From assembly GCA_964016885.1 (NCBI GenBank), contig OZ024745.1, positions 30,690,001 to 30,754,000 on the forward strand: 64,000 bases of DNA. The letters are read 5' to 3'. Shown here piece after piece: positions 53,940-64,000 of the stretch (positions within the stretch are counted from its first letter, which is position 1; each line of letters opens with the position of its first letter). The stretch comes from Eledone cirrhosa (Eukaryota). Made by a program: the position numbers and the translations under genes. A model generated the notes under the pieces. That model saw only the letters and a program-made list of their open reading frames with translations, was not told where the DNA came from and did no database searches.

Positions 53940-56210
53940 TAAGGGCGTGGTGATAGAACCATCTGACAAGTGACTCGATTTCTCCCTGGTTCATGTAACT
54001 TCAGTTGGTTGAAACATCCAGGTCTTGACAGAAGAAATCGGTCATATACATTGCGCCTCAATTCCTGCTGAATTTTTGCAGGTACTGTACGGGTCCCACT
54101 TACAGAGTAAACGGTTCGCAGCAGTATGCACCACCAGATTTTCCTCAAAGACATCACATCTGTACTTGATCATTCTCTATGATATATGGCCTTCAGCCAG
54201 TTCTCTATATCAATCTCCAGAGCTTTAAGATTGTCTTTTATGACATCCCTAACCATTTCTTTGATTTATGCTGTAGCCTTTTCCCTCTGGTCAGCTCCCT
54301 ATAAAATAACTGTTTAGGCAGCCTTCAATCTTCCAGCCTTACATGTCCAGCCCAAGCATCTGGCTCATAATAATCCTCTTCTCAATACTGGTTCTGCCCA
54401 CTTTCTCAAGTACAGCAGTGTCAGGTATGTAATTGGACCAGTTGATGTTCAAGATACATTGGATAGAATGCTGATGAAACCTTTCCAGCTGCCTGATGTG
54501 ATGCCTGTAAGATGTCCATGTTTTGCATCCATTTAAAAGGGCTGTAAGAACACAGGCCTCATACATAGAGAACTTTGTGATTTTTGTGATACCCCAATCA
54601 AGCTTCCTAAAAGCAAGACGCCCATTTGCAATGCTGTGATTTATTTCAGCATCGAAGGTATCATCTCTACTAAGTGTACTTCTGAGGCTCACAAAGCTGT
54701 CCACTACCTCAAGTTTTTTTCCTCTCACAAAAATATCTGGCTCTACATATATATCTCCAACTGGTGGAGTGTACATAGGCTTTGTCATTTTTATGCTAAT
54801 AGTTAGCCCAAACACAGTGCATGCATTGGAGAAGGTGTCCGATATCAACTGCATATCCTTTAGTGTGTGAGTCACAAAATCTACATCTTCAGTATACAGG
54901 AACTCCAAAATGTTTTGGACTTGATATTAAAGTGTCTAAGATTAAAGACTTTGCCAGAGGTTCTAATTTGCATGTATACACCAATTTCGATGTCTTGGAA
55001 GGCATATGTCAGCAGCACAGGAAAATAGATGGAGAACAGAGTGGGTGCAGGTATGTCACCTTGCTTGACAGCATTTTCCACTGAAAGTGTCCCATTGAAG
55101 TTCATATTTTGAAGTTTCTTTACCATTCCAACAAATTCAGGAGGGCATCCAAATTTTCCCAATATGACCCACAATGCACTATAATTAACAGCATCAAAGG
55201 TTTTGGTAAGGTCCACAAATACACACTTCTCGATAAGCTGAGAGGCTGAGAAAATCATGTCTGTAGTATCCTGCCCAGCTTTGAATCCATGCTGGGTCTC
55301 ATGGATGGCACCAAGGAAGATCCATTTCATTAGACAATTCAACAGACCTTGGATAAGACTTTTCCTATTAATTTGAGTAGAATTATACCATAATAATAAC
55401 TGTATTCAGACTTGGAGCCCTTGCCCTTGTAAATCGACAGCAAAATTGCATCTACCCAGCTATCTGGGACCAGTTCACCATCCTATACAGATAAAACTAG
55501 CCCATCAATGGCCATAGCAACATTCTCATCTCTTAAGCAGATAAGCTCAACAGGTATACCATCCAAACCTGGAACTTCCCTTATATTTCTCTCTTTGATA
55601 GTAGACCTTATCTCCTCAATGGTTGGATCATTCATCATCTCTGTTACAGTCTCTCTTTGCCCATTTAATAATTTTCTCATCAACTATAGATGGGTTATCA
55701 AACAGATCTTTAAAGTGTTCAGTTTACTAACTTATGATTCCTGCTGGATCCTTAATGAGGGCGTTCTCATCTTTTGATTTAAATGGTGCCACTTTTGATG
55801 ACTGTGGCCCCAAAACTTGCCTTACTGTGCTGTATAATGCTTTCAAGTCTCTACAGTCATAAGCTCCCTATTTCTCTGCTGAAACTTCAGACCACCAGTT
55901 ATTTTTCATCCTCCAAGTTTTACATTGCAGTTTTGACTTTTCTTCTTTGAAGGCCTTCTTAAAAGGGGTCTACACTGGATACTGTGCAACAAGGCACTTT
56001 TTATATAACTTGTCTTCTCTTTAATAAGCATAGGATTACAGCATCATTATCATTAAACCAGTCTCAGTGTTTAGTCTTCTTGAGACTGAGTACATCAACC
56101 TCAACACTGTAAACCTGTATTTTAAACTGTTCCCAAGTTCCATCAGAGACAATATTGTCAAGTGCATTATGAAACGCATTTTGCATTTCTAAACTTACTA
56201 GTTTGTTTGG
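53940..56210 (-). mobile_element. Decayed RTE (BovB-like) LINE
   Basis: PGLDGIP, FVDLTKTFD, VKQGD, FLYTED, with many disablements. Confidence 0.85.
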
Positions 56211-56892
56211 ACACATCATCATTTTACGTCTGCTTTTCCCTGCTTGCAAGGGTGGGACGGGAACTGATTCTGACTTGATTTCTATAGCTGGATGCCCTTC
56301 CTAACACCAACCTCATTTATAATGAGTGCTGAGTGCTTTTTTGCCGTGGCACCTCCACGACCACTTTGCAGTGGAATGATATGGACCCCAGTCCCTATCA
56401 TCTCATTTCTACAGCTGAGTGAACTGGAGCAATGTGAAATAAAGTGTCTTGCTCAAGGAAACAACACATCACCCGGTCTGAGAATTGAACTCACAACCTT
56501 TCGATTGCAAGGCCAATACTCTAACCACTAAGCCATGTGCCTCCATGTATGACACATCTATACATTTTGACATTTGTATCCCTGCTGCCCTCACTTTTCT
56601 TCTGATCTGCACTTTCATCTTGTTATATACAAGTTTGAGGTTTCTACCACATTCTGTTCCATGCATACATACACACATACACAGTACACACAATAAATGA
56701 GCTGGAGGCCTGCATAAGTAGCAGAGGGTCAGACGCCATGCTTTCCAGCATAGTTACGTCCCTTTACGGTCTGAGTTCAAATCCCGTTAAGGTTAACTTT
56801 GCCTTTCATCCTTACGGGGTCGATAAAATAAAGTACCAGTAATGTACTGAGTAATTGCTGGCCTTGTGCCAAAAGTAGAAACAATTATATAT

Positions 56893-57680
56893 AGCCTTCA
56901 TATGTAGTATTTTATGTAGCCTACATATGTAGTATTATATGTAGCCTACATATGTAGTATTTTATGTAGCCTACATATGTAGTATTTTATCTAGCCTACA
57001 TATGTAGTATTTTATGTAGCCTACATATGTAGTATTATATGTAGCCTACATATGTAGTATTTTATGTAGCTTACATATGTAGTATTTTATGTAGCCTACA
57101 TATGTAGTATTTTATGTAGCCTACATATGTAGTATTTTATGTAGCCTACATATGTAGTATTTTATGTAGCTTACATATGTAGTATTTTATGTAGCCTACA
57201 TATGTAGTATTTTATGTAGCCTACATATGTAGTATTTTATGTAGCCTACATATGTAGTATTTTATGTAGCTTACATATGTAGTATTTTATGTAGCCTACA
57301 TATGTAGTATTTTATGTAGCCTACATATGTAGTATTTTATGTAGCCTACATATGTAGCTTACATATGTAGTATTTTATGTAGCCTACATATGTAGTATTA
57401 TATGTAGCCTACATATGTAGTATTATATGTAGCCTACATATGTAGTATTTTATGTAGCCTACATATGTAGTATTATATGTAGCCTACATATGTAGTATTT
57501 TATGTAGCCTACATATGTAGTATTTTATGTAGCCTACATATGTAGTATTTTATCTAGCCTACATATGTAGTATTTTATCTAGCCTACATATGTAGTATTT
57601 TATGTAGCCTACATATGTAGTATTTTATCTAGCCTACATATGTAGTATTTTATGTAGCCTACATATGTAGTATTTTATCA
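56893..57680. repeat. 25-bp minisatellite with internal dyad symmetry, about 31 copies
   Basis: catatgtagtattttatgtagccta; contains the CTACATATGTAG palindrome. Confidence 0.95.
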
Positions 57681-57871
57681 TGACATCAGCACAAGAGAGA
57701 TTGTCGTGTCTTCAACACCACTGAAGGGTCCTCCCAACCCTTTGTTTGGCAGGTTTTCTATGGCTAGAAACCCTTTCAGAGTGTACTACTGGGTACATTT
57801 ATCGTATTTTGTAGACCACCAAAACTAGAGAGCATGTCATCCCCTTGACATGACTGAAGAATCTTCTCCAC

Positions 57872-57934
<63 letters not shown>

Positions 57935-58026
57935 GTAGGAGGTGAGTTTTATTTTAGCACAATAATATGTTGTTTAGACACTACCTTGCTCACAAGTGTC
58001 TTTTTTAGCTTCATATCATGTATCCC

Positions 58027-58097
58027 TATTTTATCTGATGAGAACGCAAATATCGTCCCTGGATGATATTTGTTTTTGAAATGCGCCTAATAAAATA
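58027..58097 (+). ncRNA. Hammerhead motif of a third family, with one stem III mismatch
   Basis: UAUUUUAU-CUGAUGA-long stem II-GAAA-U-GCGC-CUA-AUAAAAUA. Confidence 0.6.
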
Positions 58098-58676
58098 CAT
58101 GGAACTTTTTTAACCATCTTTTAATTTCTTCTTATATATATATATATATATATAAAAGTTATATGAATATTAAAAGTTATTCATATGCAAAACTTATGTT
58201 GAAGAATGGGAAAACTCCTATGGAGTTTAAAGCCGACAGTCAAGCTACTTTTGTTCATTTTTTTCCCTGTATTATGTCACACATAGAAAATAAATGAATA
58301 TAGATAGATTCACGATGGGTATTATTATGGCCGATATATAGGAGTTGAATTCGTCTGGCAAGCATCTTGATCTGAGATTGTATCGAAACTAAAGTAATTA
58401 GTGTGGGAGAGACATTTTAACCAAAGTTGAACATGTCTGGCAGGTGACGTGATCTGAGATCTTTTGTTGAAACTAAAGTAATTAGAGTGTGGAAGAGTCA
58501 TTTTAGACACAGTTGGACATGTCTGGTAAAAGATTTGATATGAGATCCTTTGTTGAAACTAAAGCAATTACAATGTGGAAGAGTCATTTTAGCCAGAGTT
58601 GTACATGTCTGGTAAATGGGTGTTATATGTGTGGGGATATGGTTAGCATGTTAAGGTGGTGGCGACAGGGTAGAGA

Positions 58677-58678
<2 letters not shown>

Positions 58679-58732
<54 letters not shown>

Positions 58733-58843
58733 GAAAATGATTCCATTAGTAGAAATGGAGAAATAACACCCATACACACACATAACTCCCTTTTCCATTT
58801 CTACTAATGGAATCATTTTCCTATACACACACACACACACACA
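58679..58843. repeat. Hairpin element with (GT)n/(AC)n-extended arms
   Basis: taggaaaatgattccattagtagaaatgga ... tccatttctactaatggaatcattttccta. Confidence 0.85.
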
Positions 58844-59784
58844 TCAGCACACAAACAAAAATATATATCTCTATTTTCTACCCAGTCACCACCACCTCCA
58901 CTATCAATTTATTTATTTCAATAGAAAGTCTGAATTTTGACACCTCAGCACATCAGCCATACTCACTGAACCAAAACAACTCTCCCCATCCTTTTTACTT
59001 GACCATTATCTTTTGTTTGGCACAAAACTCTCTATGACAAATCATGTGACTGTGAAAACTGCTACAAAGAAACCACTGCCACATTTAATGTAGTTATTCA
59101 CTTGACAGTCATGACCAATCAAATTACATTTATAAAAATACAACATTTTTGAGCCACTTTTTAAAGTGAAAATGACAATACAGAACCCTCAAACACAAAC
59201 TGGTGTGAAAGTGGATATGCTTATTCATGTGACTGCATCAACCAACCAAATATCAATCATATACTAAGAAACAATTTGAGCCCCCTTTTTTTAAAGGTAA
59301 ATACAATAAGAACTTTGTAATGCGAACAGGTGCAAAATTTATTATACTTATTCACATGACAGTCATCAACCAACCAAATTACTTTTCCAAAAGACCTAGC
59401 ATTTTGAGCCCACTTTTTTCCACCTAAAACAGAAGTAACATTCAAACACCAACAAGATGTGAGAAAAACCACAAATCCTCCATCTCATTTCTACTTTTGA
59501 AAAGCATAAGAACTGTTAAACCGGTAAAGGAAATAAATAAATCGTATTTTCAATTTCATCTTTTTTCCTTATACTTTCACTCGTGTAAGACATCTCGTTT
59601 TATTTCATTTAAAAAAAACTTCATTTTCTTATACATATATATATATATACATATACATACATATATACATATACATATATACATATATATATACATACAT
59701 ATATACATATACATACATACATATATATACATACATACATACACACATATATATATACATATAGCCCCTTACTATTTATTATTG

Positions 59785-60800
59785 CCCTTCAGGCTATAAC
59801 AGAGGAGTTCAAGACCGACTGCCCATGGGAACTCCTATATGCAGATGATCTAACGCTCATAGCTGAATCAATGGCTAAACTAGAGAAGAAATTCCAAACA
59901 TGGAAGCATGGCCTAGAATCAAAAGGCCTTAAAGTTAACTTGTCTAAGACTAAAGTTCTAGTTTGTAGGAATGAAAATAGGGCACCGGTCCCATCTGGGA
60001 AATGGCCATGCTCAGTGTGTAGGAAAGAAGTAGGCAGAACTCCATTTTATGTCCCAAATGCAAAGTATGGGTGCATAAAAGATGTAGTGGGATCACAGGT
60101 AAGCTAACTAAGAATATAGATTTTATATGTGGCCGGTGCTCTGGTGCAATAAGTAGCAGCAAGTGCCCACAGAATACTAGCCCATTCCATTGCACAGATG
60201 GTTCTATAGAAATAGTGGACACCTTCCGTTACCTGGGTGACAAAATCAGTAGTGGGGGAGGGTGCTCTGAAAGTACAGTAGCTAGAGTCAGAACGGGATG
60301 GAAAAAGTTCAGAGAGCTTATACCACTATTGGCCGCTAAAGGGTTCTCTCTAAAAATGAAAGGCAGGCTGTATGATGTCTGCATACGAACAGCAATGTTA
60401 CATGGCAGTGAGACCTGGGCATTGTGTGCAGAGGATATACGCAGACTGGAGAGAAACGAAGCTTGCATGCTCCGCTGGATGTGTAATAGTAATATACGAG
60501 AACGGCAAAGCATAAACGAACTAAGGGAGAAATTAGAGATAAGAGGGATCAGATGTTGTTTACTCGAGAGAAGACTACGTTGGTATGGTCACGTGATGCG
60601 CATGAAAGACGACAGCTGTATAAAAAAGTGCAGGGCGATAAAAATAGACGGTAGCCACGGAGTAGGCAGACCCAGAAAAACCTGGGACGACTTGATAAAT
60701 ACCGACCTCACACACTTACACCTCTCCAAGACAATGTCACTGGACCGAGATCTTTGGCGCTACACAGTCATACAGACGACCCGCCTTGCCTAAGTACAAA
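59785..60800 (+). mobile_element. RTE (PHD family) copy, frameshifted
   Basis: ORFs 59871-60107 and 60071-60793 are highly similar to 6070-7082. Confidence 0.92.
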
Positions 60801-61066
60801 GCGAAACCCACAGTCAGTAGGCACTTCTAACAAAATACCTTTTAACTTTAGTCTTAGACACTTCTAACAAAATAACGTTTAACGTCCGTGTTCCACGCTT
60901 GCATGGGTTTGGACGGGGGTTTTCCAACTTGAGGCAAGAGTGATTGTCTTGCTCGCATAGGACTGTCTGGCGGGTTTTCTACAGCTGGATGCCCTTCCTA
61001 ACACCAACCACATTTACAGTGTGGGGCTGGGAGGTTACCCCTTACAAAGTCGGCAAGTGGGGTGTT

Positions 61067-62010
61067 TCAGCCCTTCTCTACCCTCCCCCCGGGGTCATTA
61101 TGGGGTTTGAGGGCGAAGTAAGTCCTACGCAATCTGTGTTTGCATGCAGTTACGAGTTCGTCTTTCTTGTTTAGGAGTTGGTCCGTCGAAAACAGCATTT
61201 GTAATGTTTCCTCCGAGCATAAGTTACACGGACGGCGTCCTCCCGTGTAAGAGTTGGCTCTGGACAGTAAGCTCCAAGTGAGATTGTAGGTTATATTTTT
61301 ATCTTTGAGGTCCCAGATGTGGCCCGAAAGAGTAGTGGCATGATGCCGGGCCAGGTTTCGGAAAGTATGTCTGTGTTGGTAGAGCCGGGTCTTGAAGTCA
61401 CAAGCGGTTAATCCTATATAAGCTTTGTTGGAGGTGTCAGTCCTCACGTTGCACTGGTAGATCACATTAGGATCTCTGCATCTGTTGTCGAGGGGGCAAA
61501 GGATCCATCAGGACAGTTACATCTCCTGGTTGGCTCTCCACTGCTATCTAGATTATTTCTTCCATAGGGGTTGAGTTTTTTGTTGTTAGAGGAGACGATG
61601 TTTTGTGCAAAGTTAGGTGTGGTGCTGTAGGAGAGTTTGATGGTGTTTTTGTTGATTATGTTGTGGTAGCGGTCTTGTAGTGGGAAGTGTTTTTCGATGA
61701 GCCTAAAGTAGATTTTCCCGATAGGTGTTGTCACCTCGGCATTGTGGGGAGGATTGAACCACGTTACCTTGCGTGAGCGGCGGTGTCGCCTGCTGGTTCC
61801 GCTAATGGAAGCTGGATAATAGGATATTTCCTCACGGAAGCCACTCCGCTTGAGGGCCTGGTTGTAATAAGGCGCATGTTTCTCGAATATCTGCTCATTC
61901 GCGGACAAACGAGATATGCGGTGGGAGATGTTTTTAACCAGGTTATTGGTGATGTTTCTAGGATGGTTCGACCGGCGGTGGATGTAGTGCAGGTTGTCCC
62001 TTTAGATTTA
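61067..62010 (-). mobile_element. Penelope-like 3' fragment (linker and GIY-YIG)
   Basis: TWFNPP, NTIKLSYS, IYQC...YIGLT..FKTRLYQH, CNLCSEE. Confidence 0.88.
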
Positions 62011-62263
62011 CTTATTGTTTCAACTCCCCACCCCCTCTCTTCTCTAGTATACTTTTTTCGACCTTCTATACCCTATCCTTAGAATCTGGTGTATTTTTCA
62101 CTTTCAACGCTTGACTGGTTTCCTCCACTCCCTCTCCCTCTTTCTTCTACTGGCAAGTTCAGCTACCCCTACCTTCCACAAAATGCCATGATAGAATCAT
62201 ATGTCTTAACAACAAACTTTTGACCAATCCTTGTGACAATCACTTTTACCATATATGGAATTA

Positions 62264-62357
62264 CCCCCTGAGAAGTTCGGCTATTCATTTACCAGGCTAA
62301 AATTTTTTATGTAGTCCAGAATTAGCCGTCGAAACGGCTTGAGCTCAGCCGTCGGGG
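62264..62357 (+). ncRNA. Hammerhead-like motif with a CUGAGAA core variant and a GUC site
   Basis: CCCC-CUGAGAA-G..CGGCUA...UAGCCG.C-GAAACGGCU-UGAGCUC-AGCC-GUC-GGGG. Confidence 0.65.
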
Positions 62358-62381
62358 TCCTACTTGTTCCTATATATATAT

Positions 62382-63700
62382 ATTTGTTTTGCGAGGTTTT
62401 TTATATGAAATCGTGTGTCGAAACAAATATTGTTATACTTGGGGAGGGTCATATGGTTGTAATAATTGTTTCTACTTTAGGCACAAGGCTAGCAAATACC
62501 CAGTGCATTACTGGTACTTTATTTTATCGACCCCGTAAGGATGAAAGGCAAAGTCAAACTCGGCGGGATTTGAACTCAGATCGTAAAGGGACGTAACTAT
62601 GCTGGAAAGCATGGCGTTCAACCCTCTACCGATACTGCCAAATATTGGTTGGTTTCTCGCTTCTGTATCTTTTATATCAGTTAATTTATTCGGTCCTCAA
62701 TGTTTACCATTGACTGACCAACGGTCAAAAATACAGATATAATACAGACACAAACACATATATATAGTCTAACAAGGTTCTTTCGTTGCACATCTGCAAC
62801 ATCGTCAGTGGTGCTATTATGTTTCCTCTTGTTGTATTGTATGTCTATGCCATCTTTATTTAATCTGTTTATTTATTTATTCATTTTTGTCTTCTCTGCG
62901 CATGCGTTTGCGTGTGTGTATAATGTTTGGTGTGTGTTCGGGTTTGGGTGACTGTGTTTTGGTTATTGTATTCTATCTTAGTTTACTAGTGTGTGTTTAT
63001 ATGTGTTTGTTGTTATTGTGTTTGTGTATATATTTATTTATTTATTTATATTTCTCTTAGGTCAGTATTGTTTGTTTGGGTGTTGTTATTCCATTCATTT
63101 TTTCTGTTTAGCTTTGGCCTTCTAAGTTCTATTTCACTTGCCTCTCTGATTTGCCTATCTGCTGGGTCATTTCTATGTTTAGATATTTTAATTTCTATGT
63201 TGTCTATGTTACCGTCATGTTGTTGTCTGGCATGTTCGTATAGTACTGAACCGTTTTTTTTTTCGTCCTTTTAGTTCCCCCCCAGTGTTGGTCTATCCTT
63301 TCACCTATGCTACGAGCTGTCTCGCCTATGTATGTTGTTGTCATGTTTCTGCAAGTACCCTCTGTACATCTTACGCTATAGACTACGTTTCTAGTTTTAC
63401 AGTTTATCTGGGGGTTTACTTTAGATATCATACATTTCCTATTAGTACAGTGGGTTTTCTTAAAAGGGTATGTTTTGCTGATCAGGGATTTTATGGTGGT
63501 TCCTGGCTTTTCTACCACCTTAATCTTTTAGTGGGTCTTTCTCATGGCCTTTCTACACTGGTTAGCTAATTTCCCTCCAGGGGTAGCGTCCACGAACATG
63601 ACACTCTGGTATCTCTGGTTGTCGTACCATGAGGTGGCTTTCCCTATCTTTTATTTAGTCCTATCTAAGCTATTCCATGAATTGCTCCTGTATAAGGGGA
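62382..63700 (-). mobile_element. Second copy of the 33078 Penelope family, with a SINE inserted in its pLTR
   Basis: ORF 63204-63518 is nearly identical to part of 33602-34705; frameshifted. Confidence 0.9.
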
Positions 63701-64000
63701 AGATAGAGTAGAAAAGGAAGAGAGAAAGAGAGGGATATATATATATATATATGTAGGGGTAGGAGAAATGGAAGAGAGTTGTTTGAAGAATACAGATAGC
63801 TTAATGTAAATGTTGTGATAGGGGTTCAACAAGTGGTTTTATTATACTGCTTACTCTCAAAGTGACAACTTAGGCATTGTGTTGATATTATCAAGTTTGG
63901 AATTATTTATTGCCACAGAGAGCAGGTTAATAGATGTAGAGAAGGAGGGAGATAGACAGAGAGAGAGAAAGAGGAGGGGGGGGGGACAGAAAAAAGTTAA

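Overview
Eukaryotic, AT-rich, repeat-dominated genomic DNA. It is probably from a coleoid cephalopod such as Octopus; this is an inference from the SINE/RTE repeat families and very long (TA)n/(TACA)n arrays, not a database match. A minus-strand host gene can be rebuilt by hand from 17 GT-AG exons with fully consistent phases (53696 down to 11114, 1545 codons, 3' end not found). It includes a 3.1 kb exon encoding about 31 near-perfect 20-aa repeats. Introns and flanks hold RTE LINEs (one family with a PHD-type finger inside the RT, another with three C-terminal C2H2 fingers), Penelope-like elements (PLEs), CR1- and R4-type remnants, mariner, hAT, Helitron and piggyBac-type DNA elements, tRNA-SINEs and minisatellites. 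The most notable signal is RNA structure. Several families of hammerhead-ribozyme (HHR) motifs are present, some with compensatory base changes. Two HHR-bearing copies form fold-back palindromes that place a ribozyme on both strands inside host introns. There is also a truncated HDV-like ribozyme candidate. Most long ORFs in the ORF track are microsatellite artefacts.
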